From an uncultured delta proteobacterium (GTDB taxonomy: Bacteria > Myxococcota > Myxococcia > Myxococcales > Myxococcaceae): DNA of 64,000 nucleotides. The notes under the pieces were generated by a model. The model saw nothing but the letters and a program-made list of their open reading frames with translations, did not search any database and had not been told where the DNA came from. The DNA lies in contig CAVYSY010000037.1 of the NCBI GenBank assembly GCA_963771175.1, positions 1 to 64,000 of the forward strand, given 5' to 3'. Shown here piece by piece: positions 25,633-36,458 of this stretch; position 1 is the first letter of the stretch, and every line of letters starts with the position of its first letter. A program made the position numbers and the translations under genes.

Positions 25633-26094
25633 TCAGGACAGCTTGGAGAGCTGGCTCTTCACTTCCTCGGAGATGGCGCGGCCCTCGGCACGACCCTGCA
25701 GCTTGGGGCTGACGAGCTTCATCACCGCGCCCATGTCCTTGGCGCTCTTGGCACCGGCCTCGGTGATGGCGGCCTGGACCTCGGCGCGCAGCTCGTCGGC
25801 GGAGAGCTGCTTGGGCAGGTAGCTCTGGAGGACGGAGATCTCCTGCTCCTCCTTCTCCGCCAGATCCGCGCGACCGCCCGACTTGAACTGCTCGACGGAG
25901 TCGCGCCGCTGCTTGATGAGGGTGGCGATGACCTGAAGGATGGCGGGCTCGTCCAGGGGACCGGTGGCGCCGGGCTCCACTTCCTTGTACTTGATGGCGC
26001 TCTTGAGCATCCGCAGGACGCTGGTCTGAAGCTCGTTCTTCGACCGCATCGCGTCCTTGAGGTCGGCGTCGAGGCGCTCTCTCACAGTGGCCAT
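25633..26094 (-). CDS. GatB/YqeY domain protein
   Basis: 'KQRRDSVEQF..GGR.DLAEKE..E...YLP', 'KDMGAVMK'. Confidence 0.95.
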   Translation of the reverse strand: MATVRERLDADLKDAMRSKNELQTSVLRMLKSAIKYKEVEPGATGPLDEPAILQVIATLIKQRRDSVEQFKSGGRADLAEKEEQEISVLQSYLPKQLSADELRAEVQAAITEAGAKSAKDMGAVMKLVSPKLQGRAEGRAISEEVKSQLSKLS

Positions 26095-26183
26095 GGCAGG
26101 ACTCCAGGAATGTGTGGGAAGGGTTGCTACACAGACGGGAGCCAGGGCGCGGAACTGACGCGACCCCAGCTCCCGCGGGGCGG

Positions 26184-26378
26184 CTAGTACGTCTTGCGCG
26201 CCTTCTTCACCGCTCGCTTCTTGGCCGCGAGAGCCTTCTTCTTCCGCTTCACGGAAGGCTTCTCGTAGTGCTCACGCTTGCGGATCTCGGAGAGGATTCC
26301 AGCCTTCTCGGTGGCCTTCTTGAAGCGCTTCAGGGCGCTCTCGATGGACTCGCCGTCCTTAACTCGAATGCCGGGCAT
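26184..26378 (-). CDS. rpsU: 30S ribosomal protein S21
   Basis: ALKRFKK...[12 protein letters not shown]. Confidence 0.98.
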   Translation of the reverse strand: MPGIRVKDGESIESALKRFKKATEKAGILSEIRKREHYEKPSVKRKKKALAAKKRAVKKARKTY

Positions 26379-26497
26379 ACTGTCACCTCCTTCCGCATGC
26401 GCTAAAAATGTGGGGGCGCCGATATGACGCAGCGGGCGTGAAAACGCAAGGACACCCGCAGAAAAGGATCAGCCGGGTGGGCTAAAATGTACCTTCC

Positions 26498-28090
26498 GTG
26501 AGCCCCGCCCTTTTCCTCGTCCTGCTGTTGTCGACCGGCCAGCACGGCGGCCAGGGAGCGACTGGTTGCTGGATGTCCTGTCAGAAGCACGTACAGGACA
26601 CGGCCCTTCGCTCCCAGGTGTGCAAGCTGTGCGTCACCACCGGCCGCGCCGATGCCTGGATTCTGGAGTTGGCCAAGGTGAACCCCGTCCCCCAGGCGGC
26701 GCTGCGCTCGGCGCTCGCGGACCCGGACTGGCGGGTGCGGTGGGCGGTGCTGCGGGCCCAGGCGAAGGCCCGGGGCCACACCGAGCCGCGCGTGCTCGCG
26801 GACTGGGTGGCGGAGGCCCCGGTGAAGGAGGAGGTGCTCGCTTGTGTCACCGCCGCGCGCGCCGCCGCCCAGGCCGGGCGCTCCACCGCCACCTTCCTCA
26901 AGGAGGCGGGGAGCAGGGGAGGGGAGGCGGCTGCTCGGGTATGGACCCGCCGGGACGCCGTCCGGGAGGCCCTGGAGGTGGAGGTGTATTCGGAGGAGCG
27001 GCAGCTCCGGGGCGAGGCGCTCGTCCATCTCGCCACCTTCCTCGGCAGGTCGCCGGCCCGGGCGCTGCTGTCCGCCATGGCCGAGCGCGGCGAGGCCGGT
27101 GACGAGGCCGCCGCCAGCGCGCTCCTCACGGTGGCCGACAAGCAGGGCACCTCGGTGGGCCGGATGCTCCTGCTGGAGGCGAAGCCGCCGGATCAGGCCC
27201 TCATCAACCGCCTCTTCGCCGTCTACTCCAAGGAGTTGGAGGCCCTCCAGAAGGGGCTCTCCTCCCTGGATGTGGCCGAGCGGCGCGCCTCCGTGCAGTC
27301 GCTGCGGCGCTATGGCCCGCTGGCGCAGCGCGAGCTGGAGCGCGCCCTGGCGGACACGGAGGCCGCGGTGCGTCGGCTGGCCGCGCTCGGGCTGGCCGAG
27401 GCCGAGGGCGTGGCGGTGAGTGAGCTCGCGAGCCGGCGGGTACGCGCCGAGGGCGTGCCGCTGGCCACCCGGCGCGCGTGGCTGCAGGTGGCCGCGGCCG
27501 ACAAGGGCTGTGAGTCGTTCCTCCTGGAGGTGGCGCGCGACAGGGGCCTCCCCGCGGACGTGCGGGGCGAGGCGGTGGCCTGGCTTTCCGAGTGTGAGAG
27601 CCATGGCAGGCGCCGCTTCCAGGTGCTGTCCCCCTTCCTCCAGGACGCGCAACCCCTGGTTCGCGCCGGGGCGGTGCGGGCGCTCGCCGTGCCGCGCTCG
27701 CAGGAAGGGGACGCCGCCATCGCCGCCGCGCTCGGGGACTCCGTGCCGGAGGTGGCGGCCGCGGCGCTCGACGTGGTGGGCCGCCAGCGTCAGATGCCCC
27801 AGGCGGAGGCCGCGGTGGCCCTGCTTGGTTCCGAGCACCCCCAGGTGCGTGAGGCCGCCGCCCGCACGCTGGAGAAGATCGGCCGTGCCCAGCACGTGAA
27901 GCCCCTCTCCCAGACGCTCCAGTCGGACAGCGTGGCCTCGGTGCGAGTGGCCGCGGCGCAGGCCCTGGCCACCCTGGGGGGTCCCTTCGCCGCCTCCGCC
28001 CTCAGTCAGGCCCTGTCCAGGGACCCGGACTCCCACGTGCAGCACGTGGCGCGGCGAGGCCTGGTGCGGCTCGGCTTCAACCCTCCGTAG
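26498..28090 (+). CDS. Exported HEAT-repeat protein
   Basis: Signal peptide; N-terminal CxxxC/CxxC; repeated 'L.D....VR..AA.AL'. Confidence 0.85.
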   Translation: MSPALFLVLLLSTGQHGGQGATGCWMSCQKHVQDTALRSQVCKLCVTTGRADAWILELAKVNPVPQAALRSALADPDWRVRWAVLRAQAKARGHTEPRVLADWVAEAPVKEEVLACVTAARAAAQAGRSTATFLKEAGSRGGEAAARVWTRRDAVREALEVEVYSEERQLRGEALVHLATFLGRSPARALLSAMAERGEAGDEAAASALLTVADKQGTSVGRMLLLEAKPPDQALINRLFAVYSKELEALQKGLSSLDVAERRASVQSLRRYGPLAQRELERALADTEAAVRRLAALGLAEAEGVAVSELASRRVRAEGVPLATRRAWLQVAAADKGCESFLLEVARDRGLPADVRGEAVAWLSECESHGRRRFQVLSPFLQDAQPLVRAGAVRALAVPRSQEGDAAIAAALGDSVPEVAAAALDVVGRQRQMPQAEAAVALLGSEHPQVREAAARTLEKIGRAQHVKPLSQTLQSDSVASVRVAAAQALATLGGPFAASALSQALSRDPDSHVQHVARRGLVRLGFNPP

Positions 28091-28157
28091 GGCTCTCACG
28101 GAGCTCTTGTCGGCGATTCAGGTGCGTCGCTATGGTGCGAAGTCTGGAGAGGTGGGA

Positions 28158-29072
28158 ATGAGGATTACACAAGCCATTGTCGTCGAGCCGGGGGCCGCCG
28201 CGCGCCGCAAGTTGAAGGACGGCCTGGAGAAGGCGGGCCTCGAGGTATCCGCCCTGGCGGAGTGGGAGGCGGAGCCGGGGCGCGCCCAGGTCGTGGTGCT
28301 GGGGCCCTCGGTGGAGCGGTCGGCCCAGGTGGCGCGCGCGGTGCGCAAGCTGCTGCCCCAGGCGCTCGTCCTGGCCGCGCGGGATGACGTCAAGAAGCCC
28401 GGCTTCGCGGATGGCCTGCTGCCGATGCCCATCTCCGCGAAGGACCTGCGGGTGCGCCTGCCCGAGCTGGTGAAGCTACGGACGCCCGCGCGCGCTACCC
28501 CCGCCCGGAAGGGACGCACCGCGCCGGCCTCCGAGCCCGTGCGTGCCTCGGGGGAGGCGCTGTTGGATCCACTCACCCAGTTCTACGCCTTCGCGCACTT
28601 CAAGGACTTCGTCTTCGTCGAGGTGAAGCGCTCGCGGCGCTACGGGCTGCCCCTGGCCATCGCGCTGGTGTCGTTCGATCCGCTGCCGGTGCAGGCGGAC
28701 CGCGAGCTGCGCGAGCAGCTCTACGGAGGACTGGCGCTCGCCATCCGGCGCTCGCTGCGCGACACGGACTACCCCGTGCAGTACTCGGCGGACCGGGTGC
28801 TGTTGTTGCTGCCGCACACGGACCTGGCCGGAGCCCACACGGTGGCCCGCCGTGTCTGCGAGCGCGTGGCCCGCTCCAGCCTCACCTTCGATGAGAAGGT
28901 GGTCCGCCCCACCGTGTCCGTGGGACTGGCCGCGCTCGCTCCGGGGCGGGAGGTGTCCTTCTCCGAGCTCGTCCGTCAGGCCCAGAGCTCGCTGGAGTCG
29001 GCCCAGGCCGCTGGCGGCAACCGCGTGGAGATGCTCGCGGAGACGCCGGGACTGGAGATTGAAGGGACGTGA
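28158..29072 (+). CDS. Pseudo-receiver plus degenerate GGDEF protein
   Basis: 'LDPLTQFY', 'LRDTD', YSADRV at the GGDEF position, 'TVSVGLA', 'GGNRV'. Confidence 0.8.
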   Translation: MRITQAIVVEPGAAARRKLKDGLEKAGLEVSALAEWEAEPGRAQVVVLGPSVERSAQVARAVRKLLPQALVLAARDDVKKPGFADGLLPMPISAKDLRVRLPELVKLRTPARATPARKGRTAPASEPVRASGEALLDPLTQFYAFAHFKDFVFVEVKRSRRYGLPLAIALVSFDPLPVQADRELREQLYGGLALAIRRSLRDTDYPVQYSADRVLLLLPHTDLAGAHTVARRVCERVARSSLTFDEKVVRPTVSVGLAALAPGREVSFSELVRQAQSSLESAQAAGGNRVEMLAETPGLEIEGT

Positions 29073-29099
29073 GTCGGAACGGCGCGAGGGCGCCGGCGT

Positions 29100-30017
29100 T
29101 CACGGACCGCTGATGGCCTTGCCGTCCACGCGGTTCCGGCCGGCGCGCTTGGCGCGGTAGAGGTACTTGTCCGCCGCGGCGATCAAATCCTCCGCCTGCG
29201 TGAAGTCCGAGTCGTGCAGCGTGGCCACGCCCAGGCTGATGGTCACCTTGATGGGCGTGCCACCGAAGATGAAGTCGGTGCGGTCCACCGCCACGCGGCA
29301 GCGCTCGGCGCAGGCCAGGGCCTGCTCCTCGGCGGACTCGCGCAGCATGAGGGCGAACTCCTCGCCGCCGTAGCGCGCGAAGAGGTCCTCGGTGCGGATG
29401 GTGTCGCTCACCCGCTGCGCGATGCGCGCCAGCACGTAGTCGCCGGCCGGGTGCCCGTACACGTCGTTGATCTTCTTGAAGTAGTCCACGTCGAACATCA
29501 CCAGGGACAGGGCCACCCGGTGGCGCAGGCAGTACGCGAACTCCTTGCGGATCGTCTCCAGGAAGTACTTCTTGTTGAAGATGCGCGTGAGCCCGTCGCG
29601 CGTGGCCGACTCGTAGATGCTGCGCTGGTAGGCCTCCTCCAGTTGGTCCTGGATGGAGAACTTCAGCACCGTGTTCGAGCCGATCTGGATCTTGTCGCCG
29701 TCGTAGAGCGGCGCGGCGCTCACCTTCAGCCCGTTGAGGAACGTGCCGTTGGTGCTGCCCAGGTCCACGAGCTGGAAGCGGCCGTCGCCGAGCGACACCA
29801 CCTTCGCGTGCTTGCGCGAGATGCCATCGTCCTCGACCTGGAACTGGGCCTCGACGCTGCGGCCGAGCACCGTCTCGGATCGGTCCAGCTTGAACATCCG
29901 CCCGATGCCCGCGGGGGATTTCGTACTGATGACGATGAGATAGGCGCTCTGCTGCTGGGGCGCGGCGGTCCCCAGCAGGTCCGAAATCGAATGGACGGCG
30001 GTCTTCTCGTCGGACAT
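29100..30017 (-). CDS. FHA-GGDEF diguanylate cyclase
   Basis: FHA motifs GR, SRKH, STNGT; DVDYFKKIND.YGH; RYGGEEF. Confidence 0.95.
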   Translation of the reverse strand: MSDEKTAVHSISDLLGTAAPQQQSAYLIVISTKSPAGIGRMFKLDRSETVLGRSVEAQFQVEDDGISRKHAKVVSLGDGRFQLVDLGSTNGTFLNGLKVSAAPLYDGDKIQIGSNTVLKFSIQDQLEEAYQRSIYESATRDGLTRIFNKKYFLETIRKEFAYCLRHRVALSLVMFDVDYFKKINDVYGHPAGDYVLARIAQRVSDTIRTEDLFARYGGEEFALMLRESAEEQALACAERCRVAVDRTDFIFGGTPIKVTISLGVATLHDSDFTQAEDLIAAADKYLYRAKRAGRNRVDGKAISGP

Positions 30018-30091
30018 CGTGCCCCCATCTTACGGGTCGATGATTGTCCCCAGCAAGCATGCCACGGGACGATCTTCCCGGAGGGTCGCTC

Positions 30092-31135
30092 CTATCGCGT
30101 GCGCTTCGACTTTTTGGCGGGTGTCTGCCCGGCAACCTGGGGGCGCTCGGTCATCTCCCCGACAATTGGGGTCTGGATGAAGCGGGCCAGTGCCTCCCTG
30201 TCCGGGTAGTAGGCGAGCCCCTGCATCAGCTTCACCAGCGCCGCCGAGGGGGTCATGTCCCCTCCACTGAGGGCCCCTTCCGCCAGTGCGGCGGCCCCGG
30301 ACTCGTAGAGGGTGAGGTCCACCCCGTTGCGGAAGGCCTGGCTCACCACCACCACGGGGACGTCGCGCTTCCGGGCCTCCTTGAAGAGCGGGAGGAGCGA
30401 GCGGCCGAGGGAGGGATCCACGGGGTAGTTGCCCGCCCCGTAGGCCTCCAGGACGAGGCCGCGCAGTTGGGGCAGCAGGGCCAGGGGCAGGGCCGGATCC
30501 AACCCCGGGAACACCTTGAGGAGGAAGACGCGGGACTCGAGCTTCTCGCGAAGGCGGAAGGGGCCCTTCTGGCGCAGACCCGGAGTGAAGGTGGCATCCA
30601 CTCCCAGAATGCCCAGCAGCGGGAAGTTGGGGCTCTCGAAGGCGTCGTACTCGGACACCTTCACCTTGCGGGTGCGGTTGCCGCGGTAGAGGTGGGAGTC
30701 GAAGCAGATGCTCACCTCGGGCGGGCCCTGGAGGGCGGACAGCACCGCGTCGATGAGATTGAGCCGCGCGTCCGAGCGGATTTCACCCAGCGGCCGCTGG
30801 GCGCCCGTCAGCACCACCGGCTTGGACAGCCCGGGGAGCATGAAGGAGAGGGCGCTCGCGGTGTAGGCGAGCGTATCCGTGCCGTGCGTCACCACCGCGC
30901 CGTCGAAGTCCGGCAGCCGACGGTGCAGGTGGGCGGCGAGCCGGCTCCACAGCTCCGGCTGCATCTCCGAGCTGTCCAGGTTGGAGAAGAGCTCCAGCTC
31001 GATATCGGCGAGCTGGAAGAGCTCGGGGCAGCGGGCCTTGAGCGTCTTGAAGAAGGCCGCGGGACGCAGCGCGGACGGCCGGCCTCCGGCCATCCCCAGT
31101 GTGCCGCCGGTGTGCAGCAGGAGGATTCTGGGCAT
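30092..31135 (-). CDS. ansA: L-asparaginase type I
   Basis: HTGGTLGM; HGTDTLAY; VLTGAQ; YGAGN. Confidence 0.93.
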   Translation of the reverse strand: MPRILLLHTGGTLGMAGGRPSALRPAAFFKTLKARCPELFQLADIELELFSNLDSSEMQPELWSRLAAHLHRRLPDFDGAVVTHGTDTLAYTASALSFMLPGLSKPVVLTGAQRPLGEIRSDARLNLIDAVLSALQGPPEVSICFDSHLYRGNRTRKVKVSEYDAFESPNFPLLGILGVDATFTPGLRQKGPFRLREKLESRVFLLKVFPGLDPALPLALLPQLRGLVLEAYGAGNYPVDPSLGRSLLPLFKEARKRDVPVVVVSQAFRNGVDLTLYESGAAALAEGALSGGDMTPSAALVKLMQGLAYYPDREALARFIQTPIVGEMTERPQVAGQTPAKKSKRTR

Positions 31136-31188
31136 ATCGCGGGGTCCCTCCCTGGCAGAGCCGGGGTTGCTTTACAAGCCCCGCGCGC

Positions 31189-32190
31189 ATGGCTAAGACC
31201 GGCGCCGTGCTTCCCGTTCGCCGCAACCGTGTCCTCCTCGCGCTCTCCGTGGCGCTGATGGCCGTCGCCTGCTCCAAGAACTCCGAGGCGGCCTCGCCCC
31301 CCCAGTCCGCCGCCTCCAAGCCCGCGGCGGCGCCCGCGACGCCCCCCGCGCCCCCTCCGGCCGCTGCTCCCGCCTCGGGAGACGCCCTCTCCGGCCTCCC
31401 GGGCATGGACTTCTCCGCGCTGCCGCCGGCCGCCAAGCGCGAGCTGTCCACCGTCCTCACCGATGAATTCTGCTACTGCGGCTGCCCCCACACCCTGGGC
31501 CAGTGCCTGCGGGGCCACACCACCTGCAAGCACGCCAAGCGCATGGCCCGGGTCGCCGCCCAGCAGGCCGTGGCCGGTATTCCCGCCACCGACATCATCG
31601 TCGCCCTCTCCGAGTACTACGCCTCGTTCCGCCAGCCCCGGCCGAAGCTGGAGGTGGATCCGCGCATGTGCATGGGCGACGCCAAGGCGCCTGTGACGCT
31701 GGTGGAGTTCTTCGACTTCGAGTGCCCCTACTGCGGCAAGGCCCGCCCCCTGATCGAGGACTTCGCGAAGAAGAACGCCAGCCAGGTGCGCCTGTGCACC
31801 GTGCCGTTCCCCCTGCCCATGCACCCCAACGCGGTGCCCGCCGGCCAGGCGGTGCTCTGGGCGCGCGACCAGGGCAAGTACTGGGAGATGCACGACGCCC
31901 TCTTCGAGAACGCGCAGAACCTCGCCCCCGCGAAGATCATCGAGATCGCCAACAAGCTGGGCCTCAAGGGCGCGGACCTGCAGAAGACGCTCCAGGCCGG
32001 CACCTACGCGAAGGAGCTGGAGAAGTACAAGGCGCTGGGCCAGACGGCGAACATCCACGGCACGCCCAGCCTCTTCTTCAACGGCCGTCACTACGACGCG
32101 CAGATGGGCCTGTCCGAGGGCGCCCTCTCCCACACCCTGGAAGACGAGCTCGAGTGGCGCGCGAACAGCAACGCGTGGGCCGCCGACTGA
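31189..32190 (+). CDS. DsbA/thioredoxin-fold lipoprotein with Cys-rich N-terminal domain
   Basis: Lipobox AVAC; DFECPYC; GTP cis-Pro motif; CYCGC...C...C. Confidence 0.88.
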   Translation: MAKTGAVLPVRRNRVLLALSVALMAVACSKNSEAASPPQSAASKPAAAPATPPAPPPAAAPASGDALSGLPGMDFSALPPAAKRELSTVLTDEFCYCGCPHTLGQCLRGHTTCKHAKRMARVAAQQAVAGIPATDIIVALSEYYASFRQPRPKLEVDPRMCMGDAKAPVTLVEFFDFECPYCGKARPLIEDFAKKNASQVRLCTVPFPLPMHPNAVPAGQAVLWARDQGKYWEMHDALFENAQNLAPAKIIEIANKLGLKGADLQKTLQAGTYAKELEKYKALGQTANIHGTPSLFFNGRHYDAQMGLSEGALSHTLEDELEWRANSNAWAAD

Positions 32191-32197
32191 CGGCATC

Positions 32198-33603
32198 ATG
32201 AGTCAGCGCTTCCGCATCGACGGCTCCCAGCTCGTCCCCGACGAGCGGCAGGGAGGACAACAACAACCGCAGCCGCTGGCGGGCCGCACGGGCTCGTACG
32301 TGCTGCAGCCCACCTCGCCGGATCTGCTCGTCTTCTCGCGCACCCCGGCCGAGGGCGGCTCCCTGCCCACCCCGCGCGTGGTGCTCTCCGGGGACGCGTC
32401 CGGCTTCCCGCTCTCGGACCTCATCGCCTTCCTGAGCCAGTCGCGCTGGAACGGCGTCGTCCGCGTGCAGGCGCCCGGCGGCGAGCGCTCGGTCATCCTC
32501 CGCGACGGCGAGGTGCGTGGCGCCACCTCGGACGTGACGGCGGACCGGCTCGGCGAGGTGCTCGTGCGCCTGGGCTACGTGGAGCGTTCCCAGCTCGAGG
32601 CCGTGCTGCGTGAGCAGCCTCCCTCCAAGATTGGCCGCACCCTGGTGGAGCGGGGCCTCCTGCAGGCGCATGACCTCTTCAAGTGCGTCACCCACCAGGT
32701 GAGTGAGATCTTCCACGCCATCGTCCTGTGCCGGGAGGGGAGCTTCTTCCTCATCGACCAGCCGGTGGAGGACAAGCTGGGCCACAACATCCAGCTGTCC
32801 ACCCAGAGCCTGCTGATGGACAGCATCCGGAAGATCGACGAGCTGGCGCACTTCCGGAAGCGCATCCCCAACAGCCGCCTCTACGTGCTGCGCAAGGGCC
32901 AGACGATGGCCAAGCTGGAGGCGGACGAGGACAAGGTGCTCGGCGCTGGTGGACGGCCGCCGCACGGTGCTGGACCTGGGGCAGGCCGCCCGGCTGTCCG
33001 AGTTCGACGTCATCAAGGTCATCTACGGCCTGCTCGAGGGCGGCTTCGTGTCGCTCTCGGACAAGCCCCTGGGCGGCACGATGCAGTCCATCTCCGGCAT
33101 TCCGGCGGTGCGCCCGCGCAGCATCATGGGCATCCCCGTGGTGCGCCCGTCCTCCACCGGCATCCCCTCGGTGCGCTCGTCGCAGTCCGGGCTGCGCTCC
33201 ATCGAGCCCGCCCGGCCCGTCGCGGTGGACTCGCGCGAGGTGGTGCGCGTCTTCAACCGCATCTTCCGGGAGATCGCCACCGAGGTGTCCAAGCAGGGCC
33301 TGGCGCGCGAGTTCATCGCCTCGGCCAACGCGGCGCTCTCGGGACAGGCGCTGTCCTCGTCGCCGGTGCTGGCGGGGCTCGTCTTCGCGCCCGACGGGAG
33401 CCTGCCGGACGGCAGGCTGTTGGAGTCCTACGAGCGCCACCGCGGCGCGCTGGGTCCGGAGCCCCTGGTGGCTCTTCCGCCAGTCGCTCAGTGACGTGAT
33501 GTTCTTCCTCCTCTTCCAGGCGGGTGAGCTGCTCGAATCCCGCGCGGACGAGGACCTTGCCCGGCGCGTGAAGGACATGCTCGCCACCCTCGGTGGCTCA
33601 TGA
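32198..33603 (+). CDS. DUF4388 (PATAN-like) domain protein, frameshifted
   Basis: 'LSGD.SGFPLSDLIAFL', 'RLGEVLVRLG'; frameshifts near 32945 and 33470. Confidence 0.75.
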
Positions 33604-34616
33604 GCGACACACTGCCCCGGTTGACGGAGGACGTGCCGGGGTGCGGCGGCGCCTTCAAGCTCGTTCCCGAGGACTTCGAAGTGGAGGAGTTGCCCGCCTA
33701 CCAGCCCTCGGGGGAGGGGGAGCACCTCTACCTCTGGGTGGAGAAGCGCGGCCGGGACACTCGCGAGGTGGTGCGCGCCCTGTGCTCCGCCCTGGGCGTG
33801 GACGAGGGCGACGTGGGCGTGGCGGGGATGAAGGACCGGCAGGCCATCACCCGGCAGCTCCTCTCCGTGCCCGCTCGGGCCGAGGCGCGCCTGCCCGACT
33901 TCTCCCTGGAGGGCGTGAGCGTCCTGTGGAGCCGGCGCCACGGCAACAAGCTGCGCACCGGGCACCTGCGGGGGAACCGCTTCCGGCTGCGCCTCCGGGG
34001 CGTGAAGGACGTGGGCGCGGCCCGGGAGAGCTTCACCCGGCTGGCCACGCGCGGTGTGCCCAACTACTTCGGTGAGCAGCGCTTCGGCCGCGAGGGCGAC
34101 AACGCGGACTTCGGCCGGCTGCTCGTCCTGGGCCAGCGGCTGCCGCGCCGGCCCGACAAGTTCCAGCGCAAGCTGTACCTCTCCGCCTTCCAGTCCCGCC
34201 TCTTCAACCGGGCCCTCGTGGACCGGCTGCGCGCGGGCACCTTCGACACGGCGCTCCTGGGCGACGTGCTGCGCAAGGAGGACTCGGGCGGCCTCTTCGT
34301 CTGTGAGTCGCCCGAGGTGGACGTCCCCCGCGTGGCCGCCTTCGAGGTGAGCCCCGCCGGGCCCCTCTTCGGGCCGAAGATGACCGCGGCCGCCCATGCC
34401 GTGGCCGAGGCCGAGGCGAAGTTGCTCGCGGACGAGGGCGTGACGTTGGACGACTTCCGGCGCGGTGGGGACGAGACCCAGGGCGGGCGCAGGCCCTACC
34501 GGGTGCGGCTCGGCAACCCGTCGCTCGAGGTGGAAGGGGAGGACCTGGTGCTCACCTTCGAGCTGCCCAAGGGCTCCTACGCCACCGAAGTGCTGCACGA
34601 GCTGCTGAAGGACTGA
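33600..34616 (+). CDS. truD: tRNA pseudouridine(13) synthase
   Basis: PEDFEVEE, AGMKDRQAITRQ, PNYFGEQRFG, LPKGSYAT. Confidence 0.97.
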   Translation: MSDTLPRLTEDVPGCGGAFKLVPEDFEVEELPAYQPSGEGEHLYLWVEKRGRDTREVVRALCSALGVDEGDVGVAGMKDRQAITRQLLSVPARAEARLPDFSLEGVSVLWSRRHGNKLRTGHLRGNRFRLRLRGVKDVGAARESFTRLATRGVPNYFGEQRFGREGDNADFGRLLVLGQRLPRRPDKFQRKLYLSAFQSRLFNRALVDRLRAGTFDTALLGDVLRKEDSGGLFVCESPEVDVPRVAAFEVSPAGPLFGPKMTAAAHAVAEAEAKLLADEGVTLDDFRRGGDETQGGRRPYRVRLGNPSLEVEGEDLVLTFELPKGSYATEVLHELLKD

Positions 34617-34683
34617 GGACCCCCACATCCCAGCGCCGGAGCGGGGGCCTCCAGGTCTCCCCGGCGCCCCCCCCCAAAAGGAA

Positions 34684-34748
34684 GAGGGTGCTCGCGACCT
34701 CTCGGGCGCGGCACCCTCTCCTGAAGCCCCTCCCGGTGGGGGAGGGGT
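34684..34748. terminator. Two hairpins between the convergent truD and OmpA genes
   Basis: GAGGGTGC...GCACCCTC and CCCCTCCC...GGGAGGGG. Confidence 0.5.
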
Positions 34749-36440
34749 TACTGCTCGACGATGTTGAACTCGGTGCGGCGGTTGTTCGCGCGGCCCTTCG
34801 CCGTCGCGTTGTTGTCGATGGGCTTCTCCTCACCGAAGCCCACGGCCTCCATCCGACCCGGGTCGATTTCGCGCTTGAGCAGCTGCGCCATCACCGCGTC
34901 CGCGCGCGCCTGCGACAGCTTCAGGTTGGCCACGTCCTTGCCGAGCGAGTCCGTGTGGCCCTCGATGCGGATCTTCTTGATGGTGGGCATGTCGCGGAGC
35001 ACCTGCGCCACGTCGTCGAGGATGGTGAAGCTCTCCTTGCCGATGATCTTCGCCGAGCCGGACGCGAACTTGATCTGCTTCTTGATCTCGATCTTGTCCT
35101 TCTTGACGACGACCATCTTGTACTTCTTGGCGCAGCCGCGCTCGTCCTTCACGCCGGGCTCGTCCGGGCACACGTCCACGCGGTCCGGGATGCCGTCCTT
35201 GTCGGTGTCCGGATCCGGGCAGCCGCGCATCTCCTGGGGGCCGGCCTGGGCCGGGCACACGTCCTGGCGATCCACCAGGCCGTCGCCGTCCGTGTCCACG
35301 TCGGCGCAGCCGCGCGTCTCCTTCGGGCCGGCCTGCTCCGGGCACAGGTCCAGGCGGTCCGGGAGCCCGTCGCTGTCCTTGTCGGGGTCGGGGCAGCCAC
35401 GCAGCTCCTTCGCGCCGGGCTGATCCGGGCAGAGGTCCTGGCGATCCACGGTGCCGTCCCCGTCCTTGTCGTCATCCGGGCAGCCGCCGTTCTCCAGCGG
35501 GCCGAGCTTCACCGGGCAGCGGTCGATGCCATCGGGGATGCCGTCGGCGTCGTTGTCGAGGTCCGGGCAGCCGTCCTCGTCCTGGAAGCCGTCCTTGTCC
35601 TCGGGCTCCGTCGGGCACTTGTCCTGCGAGTCCTCGACGTTGTCCCCGTCCTTGTCCGTGCGGGGGCAGCCCAGGTTCTGGATGGGGCCGGAGGCGTCGG
35701 GGCACTTGTCCGCGCTGTCGATCAGCCCGTCCTGGTCATTGTCGGCCTCGGCGCAGCCGTCGCTGTCCTCGAAACCGTCCTTGTCCTCGACCTGGTCGCG
35801 GCACTTGTCCAGGTTGTCGGGGATGCTGTCGCCGTCGCTGTCCTTCGGCGCCTCCTCCGGGCAGCCCTGGTTGGAGAGCGGGCCTTCCGTCGAGCGGGCA
35901 CTTGTCGTTGCCGTCCAGCACGCCGTCCCGGTCGTTGTCGGGCTCGGGGCAGCCGTCCGAGTCCTCGAAGCCGTCGCGGTCCTCCGCGCGGTCCGGGCAC
36001 GGGTCATCCTTGTCGAAGATGCCGTCGCCGTCGGAGTCCTTCTCCTCGATCTGCACCACCACCTGCTGCGACTGCTTGGGGGTGATCTCCACCTGCTGCG
36101 GGTTCTGCTGCGTCTGGGTGGGAGTCTCCGGCTTCTCCTTGACCGTCACGCGCTGGGGGGCGCAGCTCTTGGAGCGCTCCAGGGCCTTCTTGATGGCGGT
36201 CTCGGCGGTGCGGATGTGCTCGGAGGCGCGGTAGCTGGTGCCCTGGCTGAGCTCGCCCCGGGCGAAGTCGAGGTTGGCCTCGGCGGTGGCGAGCTCCACC
36301 GGGGCACAGCGCATGGCGCCGCTGCGGCGGGCGCGCTCGATGTCGGCCTGGATGACCTCGGAGTCCGCGCGGACCTTGTTACCGCTCACGCAGGCCGCGG
36401 AGAGCAGGAGCAACGAGGAGGCGATGAGGAGACGTCGCAT
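34748..36440 (-). CDS. OmpA-family lipoprotein with DUF4398 and thrombospondin type-3-like repeats (frameshift near 35890)
   Basis: Lipobox SAAC; many DxDGDG..D..D.CP repeats; IEGHTD...LSQARA...NRRTEF. Confidence 0.92.
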
Positions 36441-36458
36441 CGGTAGGGTGCTCTCGCG

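Noticed and set aside
35150..36040. Tandem DNA repeats in the OmpA gene
   Set aside because: Explained by ordinary thrombospondin type-3-like Ca-binding repeats
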